Shown here in pieces: positions 1 through 10,918 of a DNA stretch of 64,000 nt. This stretch comes from Deltaproteobacteria bacterium (GTDB taxonomy: Bacteria > UBA10199 > JACPAL01 > GCA-016699445): positions 2,478,162 to 2,542,161 of the forward strand of contig CP064976.1 in the NCBI GenBank assembly GCA_016699445.1. The letters are read 5' to 3'. A program made the position numbers and the translations under genes. Below the pieces are notes generated by a model. It ran no database searches, was not told where the DNA came from, and saw only the letters and a list, made by a program, of their open reading frames with translations. Numbering within the stretch: position 1 is the first letter of the stretch; every line of letters begins with the position of its first letter.

Positions 1-38
1 TATCTTGTATGTATATGATAATAACAGTCTATTTTAAT

Positions 39-77
39 TATGTGCTAATTCAAAATTGGATTTTGAATTAGCACATA
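39..77. repeat. Perfect 18-bp inverted repeat (TATGTGCTAATTCAAAAT-tgg-ATTTTGAATTAGCACATA)
   Basis: Arms 39-56 and 60-77 are exact reverse complements; it lies 30 bp downstream of the Aer-like gene stop. There is no clear U-tract, so it is not called a classical terminator. Confidence 0.85.
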
Positions 78-107
78 TCATGTTCTGTTGAGTGTATTGA
101 TCCAAAG

Positions 108-1624
108 CTAATCCTGTTCTTGAAGGACACCGCTATTGGCCGCAACCATTTCTGGTATGGGGAGATGGCCGCTTTGTTGATCGATGAATGATTTGAATTC
201 ATCGGCCAAACGTTTACCCACTTTGAGTTCGTTGGAGATGTTGATGCTAGAGTTTTCAGTCTCTTTGATGAGCTGAGAATTTTGCATAGCCGTAGATGAG
301 ATGATGGCAATATTGCGTGACATTTCGTTTGTGACAGAACTTTGCTCTTCAACAGCTGTCGCAATCGAGCTTTGGTAGTGATTAATATCCTGTACCACTT
401 CAAAAATCTTCTTGATGCGTGACATCGATTCTTGAGTTGATGTTTGAATGGCTTTGATCTTCGAGCTGACTTCATCAGTCGCTTTCGAGGTTTGACCGGC
501 GAGTTCCTTAACCTCATTGGCAACCACAGCAAAACCTTTACCCGCTTCACCTGCGCGAGCGGCTTCGATTGTCGCATTAAGAGCCAAAAGATTGGTTTGC
601 TCAGCAATGGAGGTGATCATTTGGATAATATTATCAATTGAGAGGCTTAGTGTATTGAGCTCTGTGACTGCTTGATCTGCTGATTGTGCCATCGTGGCGG
701 CATTAGAGGCTACCTGAGAAGCGTCTTGAGCATTTTTAGAAATTTCTTTCATGCTAGCACTCATCTCTTCGATACAAGTAGCAATGCTGTTAGCTTCCTG
801 AGTTTGCTGGTTGGCTGCTTTACTGGAGCTTTCCATATTCTGAAGAGTTTTTCAGCATTTACGATCTGGTTTTTGCTCATATCCTGCATACGTCCGACCA
901 TGGCTCTCATCTCAGAGGTGAGAAGTTTCATAGCTACTTGAACCTGTCCAATATCGTCAGTTCTTCCCGTATAAATATACTGCATGAGTTTGTTGGAGAC
1001 GATAGTTTGGGATTGTTTGACGAGTTTTCGAAAGGGCGCGATGAAAAAAGCCGTGAGCCCTAATCCTGCGGTTAAGCCAACAACACTGCTCCATAAAATA
1101 GTCTCTGAGGGTTTTCCTAGGGCAATACTGATAATCCCTGGAAGGGCACAGACGGCATTAGCAAAAACAGATTTAGCAATAAGCGGAATGGTTGGCCAGC
1201 TAGCACCAATCCATTTTCCTTCATTGATACGTCGGTAGGTTTTATCCGCACGTTCGACCAATTCACGGCTAGGTTTACTGCATACGGACTGACATTCAAC
1301 GATTTTTCCATTTTGAGTAATCGGTGTAACAAAAGCATCAACCCAATAATGATTTCCATTTTTACAACGATTTTTAACAATACCCATCCACGGACGTTTT
1401 GAATGAAGATGCATCCAAAGATCTTTAAAAGCTGCTGTGGGAACATCCGGATGTCTCACGATATTGTGACTCTTCCCTTGAAGTTCTTCCATGGTAAATC
1501 CGCTCAACTTGATAAAATCCTCATTACAATAGGTGACAAGCCCTCTAATATCCGTTGTAGAAAGGAGGTTTGTGGTTTCGGGATAATCGACTTCCATTTG
1601 AGTGACGGGCAGATTTTTTTTCAT
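108..1624 (-). CDS. aer: Aer-like PAS(FAD)-TM-HAMP methyl-accepting chemotaxis protein (one apparent frameshift near 843)
   Basis: ORF 761-1624 has the Aer PAS motifs ([20 protein letters not shown]) and hydrophobic segments; ORF 108-836 has the MCP tip [37 protein letters not shown]. Adding one base in CTCTTCAG joins them (506 codons). Confidence 0.85.
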
Positions 1625-1796
1625 AATCTCTCCAAAATATATTTTTTATTTTAAAAATTCTTTTCAAAATCCTGAACGGAGATTGTCTGAAAAAATAAGA
1701 ATTATTTTAATAAAAAAATATTAATCTTTTTCCCCCCTTCATCCGTCTAGGTCTATGATCCGAATTACCATATGTTTTTAGAGGGAGGGTTGAAGT

Positions 1797-4283
1797 ATGG
1801 ATGATATCGTCAAAGAGTTTTTGGTCGAAAGTAATGAAAACCTTGATCAGATGGACAGAAACTTTGTCGAGCTGGAAAAGGATCCCACCAACAAAGAGCT
1901 TCTTTCAGCTATTTTTAGAACCATACATACCATTAAGGGTACCTGCGGGTTTTTAGGATTTGGAAAGTTAGAATCCGTAGCTCATGTGGGCGAAAGTCTT
2001 TTGAGTAAACTTCGTGATGGGTCTCTCACTCTCAATCCCGATTTTACGACGATCTTGCTGACCATGGTTGATGCTGTCCGTCAGATGCTTTCATCTATAG
2101 AATCCAGTGGAGCTGAAGGCGATGTAGATTATTCACTCTTGGTTGAAAATTTGAATAAAGCTCAGCGAGGTGAACCTCTTAATCTCTCGGACTCTGCAAA
2201 ACCAGAAGCTAAACCTGAAGTAAAACCTGAGGTTAAAGTAACACCTCAAGAATCTGCCCCAGAAGTTAAAGCTGAGGTTAAGCCCGAAATTAAACCTGAA
2301 GTGATTGAGGCTAAAGTTGAAGTAAAAACTGAAATAGTACCTGAAGTACCGCCTCCGGTAGTAAAGATGGAAGAAGTTAAAATAGAGGTACCTAAAGCTC
2401 CCGAAAAACCAGCAGAACCCGTGAAGGCTCCAGAGCCTGTTAAAGCTGCCGAACCAGTTAAGGCTGCCGAACCGGTGAAAACTCCGGAGCCAGCCAAAGC
2501 TTCAGGGCCGGCGCCAACACCATCACCATCACCATCTCGAGGAGAAGCGAAAGCTGGAAGTTCTGTGGCGGATACAGCAATTCGTGTGGATGTGGGTCTT
2601 TTAGATAAGCTCATGAATCTTGTGGGTGAACTTGTTCTGGCTCGAAATCAGATTTTACAATTTACAGCCAAACAAGAAGACTCGACATTTGTCGCCGCCT
2701 CTCAACGACTCAATCTGATTACAAGTGAGTTGCAAGAAGGCGTCATGAAGACGCGCATGCAGCCTATTGGAAATATTTGGAGTAAATTTCCCCGCGTTGT
2801 TCGAGATCTAGCTACTATTTGTAAGAAAAAAATCCGTCTTCAAATGGAAGGCCAGGAAACTGAACTGGATAAAACCATCATCGAAGCTATCAAGGATCCT
2901 TTAACTCATTTGGTTAGAAATTCTGTCGATCATGGAATTGAAATGCCCGAAGAGCGGGCCGCTAAAGGAAAATCCGAAGAAGGTGTCATCTTGCTTCGAG
3001 CCTATCATGAGGGTGGTCAGGTCAATATTGAAATCTCTGATAACGGTGGTGGTATCAGCCCTGAAAAAGTAAAACAAAAAGCTCTTCAAAAAGGTCTCAT
3101 CACCGCAGAAGATGCAGCGCGTATGAGTGACCGTCTATTGGTAAATTTGATTTTCCTTCCCGGATTTTCCACTGCAGAAAAAGTCAGCAATATCTCAGGT
3201 CGCGGTGTGGGTATGGACGTGGTGAAAACCAATATCGAAAAAATTGGTGGTATGGTCGATATTCAAAGTAATCCCGGTGAAGGTACTACGATTAAAGTTA
3301 AAATTCCTCTTACGTTGGCAATTATTCCTGCTTTGATTGTCACCAGTGGTGGATGGAAATATGCGATTCCACAAGCCAGCTTGTTGGAACTGGTGCGTGT
3401 TGAAAATGAGCCAGGAAAAAAGAAAATCGAAAACATTCAAGGAGCTCCTGTTTATCGTTTGAGAGGTAAATTATTACCACTGGTCTATCTGCGTGAACAG
3501 TTGGGTGATTTTACAAAACCAAACGAAGAAAATGTGAATATCGTCGTCTTGCAAGCCGATGATCGTCATTTTGGTTTAGTGGTAGATGAAATTAACGACA
3601 CTCAGGAAATCGTTGTCAAACCTGTCGGTAAACAACTCAAAGGTGTTCCTACATTTGCGGGTGCTACAATTATGGGTGATGGGCATGTGGCGTTGATTTT
3701 GGACATTATGGGTATTGCACAGAGAGCTAATCTTGTTTCTGAGCTGCATGATCATGCTATTCAGGACATGAATAGTACTCAGGTGAAAAGTTCAGATGTT
3801 AAATCGATGTTACTTTTTGCCAGTCGTGACAACGGTCGTATGGCCGTTAATCTTTCCGAAGTCGCTCGATTGGAAAAGTTTGATAACAAAGAAATTGAAC
3901 GTGCTGGTGATCAGGAAGTTATCCAGTATCGTGGTGAAATCATGTCGCTGATTCGGGTGTCTTCTGTGATTCCTGAAAGACGACGTGTCCCTCGTGATGC
4001 CGAAGCTATTATTAAAAATGTCGGTGATTCTATTCAGGTCGTTGTCTATTCGCAAAATGGAAAAAATGTCGGGATCGTGATTGATAAGGTTTTGGATATT
4101 GTCGAAACCGATGAAGCTATTCAAGAAAGTGGCTCTCGCAAAGGTATTGCGGGTACTGTTGTGATTCAGGAGCGCATTACAGAAATTTTAGACATTCCGC
4201 GCGCGATCGATCTCTATCATCAAAAAATTCATCTGAATAAAACAGAAGAGCCTTTAGCTAAGGAGGAATCCTATGTCTCATGA
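1797..4283 (+). CDS. cheA: Chemotaxis histidine kinase CheA (P1, long low-complexity linker, P3-P4, two CheW-like domains)
   Basis: HTIKG phospho-His motif, IRVDVGLLDKLMNLVGELV dimerisation domain, HLVRNSVDHG and SGRGVGMDVV ATPase boxes, C-terminal CheW-like domains. Confidence 0.97.
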   Translation: MDDIVKEFLVESNENLDQMDRNFVELEKDPTNKELLSAIFRTIHTIKGTCGFLGFGKLESVAHVGESLLSKLRDGSLTLNPDFTTILLTMVDAVRQMLSSIESSGAEGDVDYSLLVENLNKAQRGEPLNLSDSAKPEAKPEVKPEVKVTPQESAPEVKAEVKPEIKPEVIEAKVEVKTEIVPEVPPPVVKMEEVKIEVPKAPEKPAEPVKAPEPVKAAEPVKAAEPVKTPEPAKASGPAPTPSPSPSRGEAKAGSSVADTAIRVDVGLLDKLMNLVGELVLARNQILQFTAKQEDSTFVAASQRLNLITSELQEGVMKTRMQPIGNIWSKFPRVVRDLATICKKKIRLQMEGQETELDKTIIEAIKDPLTHLVRNSVDHGIEMPEERAAKGKSEEGVILLRAYHEGGQVNIEISDNGGGISPEKVKQKALQKGLITAEDAARMSDRLLVNLIFLPGFSTAEKVSNISGRGVGMDVVKTNIEKIGGMVDIQSNPGEGTTIKVKIPLTLAIIPALIVTSGGWKYAIPQASLLELVRVENEPGKKKIENIQGAPVYRLRGKLLPLVYLREQLGDFTKPNEENVNIVVLQADDRHFGLVVDEINDTQEIVVKPVGKQLKGVPTFAGATIMGDGHVALILDIMGIAQRANLVSELHDHAIQDMNSTQVKSSDVKSMLLFASRDNGRMAVNLSEVARLEKFDNKEIERAGDQEVIQYRGEIMSLIRVSSVIPERRRVPRDAEAIIKNVGDSIQVVVYSQNGKNVGIVIDKVLDIVETDEAIQESGSRKGIAGTVVIQERITEILDIPRAIDLYHQKIHLNKTEEPLAKEESYVS
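2409..2498 (+). repeat. Five imperfect 18-bp tandem repeats in the CheA linker (xxEPVK)
   Basis: PAEPVK-APEPVK-AAEPVK-AAEPVK-TPEPAK encoded by units starting at 2409, 2427, 2445, 2463 and 2481. Confidence 0.85.
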
Positions 4284-4710
4284 GCAACTCTACAGCACTT
4301 TTGCACTGGGTGAACATTACTTCGGTGTGGATGTGAACAAGGTTCAGGAAATTATCCGTTATCAAAATATGACCCCCGTACCCTTGGCAGAGCATGTCAT
4401 CCGTGGATTGATAAATCTCAGAGGTCAGATTGTGACGGCCATGGATTTGAGACGTCGCATGGAAATGGACGATCTGCCTGAAGGTAAAAAGTCCATGAAT
4501 GTCGTGATTCGCACCGATGATGGAGCCATTAGTCTTTTGGTAGATGAAATCGGAGACGTGATCAGTGTGGATGATCAGACCTTTGAGGAATGTCCTGAAA
4601 CTCTTAAAGGTGTGGCTCGTGATTTGATCAAAGGGGCCTACAAATTAGAAAATAAATTATTGCTGATTTTAGACACACAAAAAGTCTGTCAGCTAAATAC
4701 AGTACAATAA
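4273..4710 (+). CDS. cheW: Chemotaxis adaptor CheW
   Basis: VQEII..Q.MTPVP..E.VIRGLINLRGQIV..DLR motif; overlaps the cheA stop. Confidence 0.95.
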   Translation: MSHEQLYSTFALGEHYFGVDVNKVQEIIRYQNMTPVPLAEHVIRGLINLRGQIVTAMDLRRRMEMDDLPEGKKSMNVVIRTDDGAISLLVDEIGDVISVDDQTFEECPETLKGVARDLIKGAYKLENKLLLILDTQKVCQLNTVQ

Positions 4711-4721
4711 AAGGGGATTTT

Positions 4722-6148
4722 ATGAATACGAGCTCATGGTCAATTAAGAAAAAAATGGGATCCACAATGACTGTGGTTATTTCTGTGATGGTTTTGATGG
4801 GTGCAATGATAGGCCTGTCTTTTTTCAAGTTTAATTCAGGAGTTTCAAGATTGGAAAAAGGTGTGGACGAGATGAATGCTGTCAAAGATCTCCAGCTGCA
4901 AGTGTCGAATATATGGCAATATCTCACTGATGCTTCATTGGTTCAAGATGGGGAAGGTCTCAAAGAAGCCAAAAAGTCATGGAAGAAGCTAATAAAAATA
5001 TTGCCGTTCTGATCGAGTTTAATCGTGATGATGCTCAGGGTTTAGAAAAAGTGAAGGCGATAGAAGCCTCATTGCCTAAAATGTTTCATATCGGAGAAGA
5101 GATGAGCAAGGCCTATGAAGTTTCCAAGTCTGAAGGGGATAAGGTCATGGGTGAGTTTGATGCGGCTGGATCTAAAGTCATCGAATCTCTTGAGCCATTA
5201 GCACAAAAAGAAGATCAGGATTCTGTTCAGGTAAAAAATGATATGCATCATGTGATTGTCGGTTTTGGAACTGCTTTGGGCCTTCTTTCTTTAGGAGCTA
5301 TTACTTTCTTATCGATAGTTTTAAAAGCACTCTCCAATCAGATTTCACAACCTTTGGATGAAGCCTGGAATTATTTAGCCACAGCCTCTCATGATCTTGT
5401 GTCTGTGAGTGGAACTCTCAATGTGAATGCTGAAGACACGGCGAATCGAGCGAATATGGTCTCAGCGGCTTCTGAGCAAATCAGTAAAAATATTCAGACT
5501 ATATCGACGAGTCTGGATCAGATGAATCAGGCTGTTCACGAAATTTCACAAAGCACAGCACAAGGAAACCAAGTAGTGAATGAAGCTGTACGGTCTGTTC
5601 AGGAAACTAATCAGAAAATTTCAAAATTAGGAGAAAGCAGTGAAGAAATTGGCAATGTCGTCAAAGTGATCACATCGATTGCTGAACAAACTAATCTTTT
5701 AGCTCTCAATGCGACCATTGAAGCGGCTCGTGCAGGTGAAGCAGGAAAAGGCTTTGCGGTTGTGGCCAATGAAGTGAAAGAACTCGCTAAACAAACAGCT
5801 AAAGCCACTGAAGAAATTAGCCAAAAAATTAATTTAATACAGACGGATTCCCAAGTGGCTGTCAAATCCATGGAAGATATCAGTCGTGTGATCAATCAGG
5901 TCCATGACCTGCAAAATACTATTGCCAGTGCTATTGAAGAACAAAGTGCCACCACCAGTGAAATGACTCGCAATGTGAGCGAAGCGGCAACAGGTAGCAA
6001 TGAAATCGCTCAAAATATCGTGAGTGTTGCTGTCTCGGCTCAAAAGACTTCTCAAGGAGCTGGTGAAACCAAGAGAGTGTCTGATTCATTACCCCGAATA
6101 TCTGATAAGATTCGGTCTTTAGTACAGGGTGCAGCTGTAAACATTTAA
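4722..6148 (+). CDS. Methyl-accepting chemotaxis protein 1 (one apparent frameshift near 4982)
   Basis: TM1 in ORF 4722-5012; periplasmic domain, TM2 and signalling domain in ORF 4979-6148. TCATGGAAG read as TCA TGG GAA restores a single frame. Confidence 0.88.
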
Positions 6149-6160
6149 ACAGGAGACGTC

Positions 6161-7621
6161 ATGCTCAGTTTTTTAAGCAATATGCCTATTAAAAAGAAGT
6201 TGATGCTGCAGCTGAGCATTTTGTTGATGGGAGTGCTTGTCATTGGTGGCGTCACAGCAAAAACTTTCAATCATGTCAAAGTGACAGGTCCTGTTTACAC
6301 ACAAATTATTTTGGGAAAAGATCTTTTGGCTGATATTTTGCCACCTCCTGAATACATTATTGAAAGTTATCTCACAGCACATCTCATGCAGAATGAGACA
6401 AATAATGATAAGTTGAATCAACTCAAAGACAAGATGGATCAGCTTCAAAAAGACTATGAATCGCGTCATCAGTATTGGGCTGAAAATCCTACCAGTGAGA
6501 AAATTAACGAATTAATTCTTGAAAAGTCCTATAAGCCCGCTGAAGCTTTTTTTAAAAACTATCATGCTGATTTTCTTCCAGCACTTCTTGAAAATGACAG
6601 AGTGAAATCACGAGAAATTTTAAATGGAGAAATGACATTAAACTACGAAGAGCATCGAGCTCGTGTAGATGAATTGGTTAAAGTCTCGACCGATTGGGTG
6701 AGTGGGGTGGAACAGGGGGCTAAAGATACGATTAAAGGGGATCTGTGGATACTATTTACAACAGCTGCCATTTTGTTATCGGTTATCATCGCCTTTGCCT
6801 TCATGATCAGAGGTCAAGTATCACAGAATATCGATAAAATCTTTGCTGTGGTAAACACTGTTTTTGGATCTTCTCAAACTTTAAACAATATCAGTCAGCA
6901 GATGAGCTCCAATTCAGAAGAAACGTCAACTCAAGCCAATGTCGTCTCGGCAGCAGCTGAAGAAGTGAGTAAAAATGTCAACACCGTCGCTACAGGTGTT
7001 GAACAAATGAACCAGGCTGTCCGTGAAATTTCTCAAAGCACCAGTCAGGGAAATCAAGTGGTCACCATGGCTGTGAATACGGTTCAAGAAACGAATCAAA
7101 CAATTTTGAAATTGGGAAGTAGTAGTGAGGAAATTGGGAATGTTTTAAAAGTGATTACTTCGATTGCTGAACAAACCAATTTGCTAGCCCTTAATGCCAC
7201 CATTGAAGCCGCTCGTGCAGGTGAAGCTGGTAAGGGTTTTGCGGTAGTGGCAAACGAAGTCAAAGAGCTCGCCAAACAAACAGCTAAAGCTACAGAAGAA
7301 ATTGGTCACAAAATAATGGTGATTCAGACAGACTCGCAAGCTGCCGTTAAAGCTATGGAAGAGATCAGCAAAGTGATTAATCAAATTCATGATCTGCAAA
7401 ATACTGTGGCCAGTGCTATTGAAGAACAAAGTGCCACTACCAATGAAATGGCTCGCAATGTTCAGGAGGCCGCTCAAGGTAGTAAAGATATTGCTCAAAA
7501 TATTACCGGTGTGGCTCAGGCTGCACAAAATACAACTATTGGAGCGGATGAAACTCAACGATCAGCCTCTGAACTCTCTCATATGGCCGATCAACTCAAA
7601 GTCGCCTTAGCGACATTTTGA
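6161..7621 (+). CDS. Methyl-accepting chemotaxis protein 2
   Basis: Intact ORF with two TM segments, a helical periplasmic domain containing [20 protein letters not shown], and the conserved MCP tip. Confidence 0.95.
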   Translation: MLSFLSNMPIKKKLMLQLSILLMGVLVIGGVTAKTFNHVKVTGPVYTQIILGKDLLADILPPPEYIIESYLTAHLMQNETNNDKLNQLKDKMDQLQKDYESRHQYWAENPTSEKINELILEKSYKPAEAFFKNYHADFLPALLENDRVKSREILNGEMTLNYEEHRARVDELVKVSTDWVSGVEQGAKDTIKGDLWILFTTAAILLSVIIAFAFMIRGQVSQNIDKIFAVVNTVFGSSQTLNNISQQMSSNSEETSTQANVVSAAAEEVSKNVNTVATGVEQMNQAVREISQSTSQGNQVVTMAVNTVQETNQTILKLGSSSEEIGNVLKVITSIAEQTNLLALNATIEAARAGEAGKGFAVVANEVKELAKQTAKATEEIGHKIMVIQTDSQAAVKAMEEISKVINQIHDLQNTVASAIEEQSATTNEMARNVQEAAQGSKDIAQNITGVAQAAQNTTIGADETQRSASELSHMADQLKVALATF

Positions 7622-7632
7622 TAGGGGAAATT

Positions 7633-9079
7633 ATGGATCTCAACAGAATGACAATTCAGAAAAAATAAATCTTCTGAATGCCTTTCTTTTTATCTCCTGT
7701 TTGCTGGTGGGAGGGATTGGGTACAAAGGGCTCCATGACCTCAATAATGACATTCGCCACTTAGGACAAGTGGACATGCAAGCTGTGCGCAACATGACTT
7801 TAGTGGATATGATGCATGATGGGTTGAGGGCTGTTGTTTATAAGTCAATCATCGCTTCTCAGACTGGCAATCAAGAGATGAAGACGGAAGCTCGAGATGA
7901 AATTAAAGAGTTTTCAGAAAATATGAATGTGTATTTGAAAACCTTGAATGATCTTCCTTTGGATCAAAAAATTAAAAAAGAGATTCAAGAATCCAAGCCC
8001 GTCGTCGATAATTATACACAAAATGCCACAAAGCTGGTCGCACTTGCTTTGGATGAAGGGTCTTCGCAGGCTTTGGCCAATATTGAACCTTTTGATAAAG
8101 CTTTTGGCGAATTAGAAGTAAAATTGGGTCAGCTCGGAGAAGAGATTGAAAAGGGTGCTGAGGAATCTTCGCTAACTTCTATTGAAGAAGGTAGCAATTA
8201 CAACCTCGTCTCCATAGCTCTTCTCTCCATTGTCTCTATCTTAAGTGCAGGTCTGTGGTTTTTTATCAATCGTGATATCAAATCGCCCATCGATGCCATG
8301 ATAAAAATTTCTCAGGATGTCGCAAATGCTTCCCAACAACTGACATCGGTGAGCCATCAAATGAGTAGCAGTTCGGAAGAAACATCATCTCAAGCCCGTG
8401 TGGTCTCTTCAGCAGCCGAACTGGTGAATAAGAATATTCAAACAGTGGCTACAGGATGGAACAAATGAATATGGCTGTTCAGGAGATCTCAAAGAGTACC
8501 AGCCAAGGAAATGCGGTTGTCAGTAATGCTGTGCAAACGGTTCAAGAAACAAACAAAGCCATCGCTAAATTAGGTGATAGCAGTGAACAAATTGGAAACG
8601 TTGTAAAAGTCATCACGTCAATTGCAGAACAGACAAACTTGCTTGCACTCAATGCCACCATTGAAGCGGCCCGTGCAGGTGAAGCCGGTAAAGGTTTTGC
8701 TGTCGTGGCCAATGAAGTGAAAGAGCTAGCGAAACAAACTTCTAAATCGACTGAAGAAATTAGTCAGAAGATTTCAATGATCCAAAATGACACCCAAGTG
8801 GCGATCAAGTCGATTGAAGAAATCAGTCAGATTATTTCTCAAATTAATGATCTTCAACACACAGTAGCCAGTGCCATTGAAGAACAAAGTGCGACTACAA
8901 GCGAAATTAGCCGCAGTGTCAGTGAAGCGGCCAAAGGTAGTGATGAAATTACGCAAAATATTACGGGTGTGGCCCAGGCTGCACAAAATACAAATACGGG
9001 TGCTAATGAAACCCAAAATTCAGCCTCTGAACTTTCCAAGATGGCTATTGAATTGAGATTGTCTGTAAGTCACTTTTAA
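7633..9079 (+). CDS. Methyl-accepting chemotaxis protein 3 (apparent frameshifts near 7665 and 8457)
   Basis: ATG 7633 with GGGGA RBS; one extra A in the A6 run gives [30 protein letters not shown]; GGA[A]TGGAACAA joins ORFs 7701-8468 and 8456-9079. Confidence 0.85.
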
Positions 9080-9091
9080 AAAGGAGTTTTT

Positions 9092-9460
9092 ATGAGAGCT
9101 CTTGCCATTGATGATAACCCTGGAATCCTGATGCTTCTATCAGACATTCTTGCCGATATGAATGTGGAGGTTACTGAAGCCACTGATTGTCAAATGGGTT
9201 GGGAGATTATTGAAACAGAAACTCCCTTTGATGTCGTACTCATTGACTGGATGACACCACGCATGTCTGGATTAGAGCTTCTCAAACTCATCCGGAGCAA
9301 TGCGCGTTATAAAGATGTCGTTCTTTTGATGGTGACTGGTTTGACAGAAGTCGATGAAGTTTCACAAGCTCTTCAGTCTGGAGCCAATGAATATCTAATG
9401 AAACCTTTCACGAAAGAAATGCTCGAAGATAAATTAAAATTATGTGGGGTACCCTTATGA
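9092..9460 (+). CDS. cheY: CheY-like single-domain response regulator
   Basis: IDD, LIDW phospho-Asp, MVT and MKPF receiver motifs; 122 aa. Confidence 0.88.
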   Translation: MRALAIDDNPGILMLLSDILADMNVEVTEATDCQMGWEIIETETPFDVVLIDWMTPRMSGLELLKLIRSNARYKDVVLLMVTGLTEVDEVSQALQSGANEYLMKPFTKEMLEDKLKLCGVPL

Positions 9461-9855
9461 GTCTACATGCCATAATCATCGATGATGCACGTTCTGTACG
9501 CATGATTTTAAAAAAAATGATGGTGGAGCTGGGTTTTACCGTTGAAGAAGCTGAAGACGGTAAAAAGGCTCTTGAAATTCTTGTCCAGAATGGTCCGGCG
9601 GATGTGGCACTTGTAGATTGGAATATGCCTGTCATGAATGGTTTTGAGTTTATCCAGGAAGTCAGAAAACAATCCATCTATGATGAAATGAAAATCATGA
9701 TGGTCACTACTGAATCAGAGCTGGTCCGTATGATTGCAGCTCTGGAAGCCGGAGCCAATGAGTATGTGATGAAGCCCTTCACCAAGGACATCATCGTCGA
9801 AAAACTGACAATCATGGGGTTGATTAACAATGAAAACGCGAGTGCTGCTCATTGA
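9457..9855 (+). CDS. cheY: CheY-like single-domain response regulator (tandem paralog)
   Basis: ATGA overlap with the upstream stop; IDD, LVDWNMP, MVTT and GANEYVMKPF motifs. Confidence 0.9.
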   Translation: MSLHAIIIDDARSVRMILKKMMVELGFTVEEAEDGKKALEILVQNGPADVALVDWNMPVMNGFEFIQEVRKQSIYDEMKIMMVTTESELVRMIAALEAGANEYVMKPFTKDIIVEKLTIMGLINNENASAAH

Positions 9856-10909
9856 TGATTCAGTCGTTGTCCGAAAAATCGTGGGAGATGCTGTCTCATC
9901 GCATCCTGATTTAGAAGTTGTCGGAAAAGCGGCTAATGGAAAACTAGGTCTCGAGATGATTCCTCAGGTGAATCCTGATGTGATTGTTCTCGATGTCGAG
10001 ATGCCTGAGATGGATGGCATTACCACTCTTAGAGAAATCAGAAAAATTTATAAAAATCCAAAAGTGATTATGTTTAGCACTCTGACTCAACGAGGAGCTG
10101 ATATCACCTTGGAAGCTTTGTCTATTGGTGCTGTTGACTATTTTGCTAAACCGACCAATCTGAGCAATGTTGAAGAAGTCACAAAATATTTAAAAGATGG
10201 TCTGGTTCAAAAAATAAAATTTTTAGGACCTACTGGAAAAAATGAATTGCTCACAGCTTTTCACCATCCTCCACAAACCAGTAATGCTCTGAAATCAGCT
10301 CCTGTTGTCAGCAGTACCACAGCACAAAAAGTAGAAATTGTTGCTATTGGTACGTCTACGGGGGGGCCTAATGCTTTGGGAAGTATTTTCCCCAATATTC
10401 CAGAAAAATTTCCAGTGCCGATTGTGATTGTTCAACACATGCCACCGGTTTTTACGAAACATTTAGCGGATCGTCTGAATTCAAAATCAAAAGTACGTGT
10501 TTATGAAGGAACAGAAGGCGCTATTTTGAAACCAGGTGAAGCTTGGATTGCCCCGGGCGATTTTCACATGACAGTCAAAAAAGAAGGGCTGAACTATGTT
10601 CTTCATCTCAATCAGCAGCCCCCTGAAAATTCATGCCGACCAGCCGTGGATGTGTTGTTTCGTTCAGTGGCTGAAGCTTATGGCCAATCAGCCTTGGGTA
10701 TTGTTTTAACGGGGATGGGACAGGATGGATTTAGAGGTTGTGAAAATCTCACTCATGTGGGTTCACGTGCTATTGTTCAAGATGAAGCTTCAAGTGTCGT
10801 GTGGGGAATGCCTGGGTTTGTCGCTAAAGCAGGATTAGCCGAAAAGGTGTTGCCCCTAGATCAGATTATTCCAGAAGTCGTAAGACGTGTCTCTTATGGG
10901 AGACTATAA
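9830..10909 (+). CDS. cheB: Chemotaxis methylesterase CheB (receiver + esterase)
   Basis: N-terminal receiver (LDVEMP); catalytic GTSTGG, VQHMP and LTGMGQDG motifs. Confidence 0.97.
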   Translation: MKTRVLLIDDSVVVRKIVGDAVSSHPDLEVVGKAANGKLGLEMIPQVNPDVIVLDVEMPEMDGITTLREIRKIYKNPKVIMFSTLTQRGADITLEALSIGAVDYFAKPTNLSNVEEVTKYLKDGLVQKIKFLGPTGKNELLTAFHHPPQTSNALKSAPVVSSTTAQKVEIVAIGTSTGGPNALGSIFPNIPEKFPVPIVIVQHMPPVFTKHLADRLNSKSKVRVYEGTEGAILKPGEAWIAPGDFHMTVKKEGLNYVLHLNQQPPENSCRPAVDVLFRSVAEAYGQSALGIVLTGMGQDGFRGCENLTHVGSRAIVQDEASSVVWGMPGFVAKAGLAEKVLPLDQIIPEVVRRVSYGRL

Positions 10910-10918
10910 GGTAACTCT

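Noticed and set aside
1683-1709. Sigma-28 promoter for the Aer-like gene (TAAA-N15-TCAGACAA)
   Set aside because: Only 5/8 at -10, in a very AT-rich spacer where TAAA is expected by chance.
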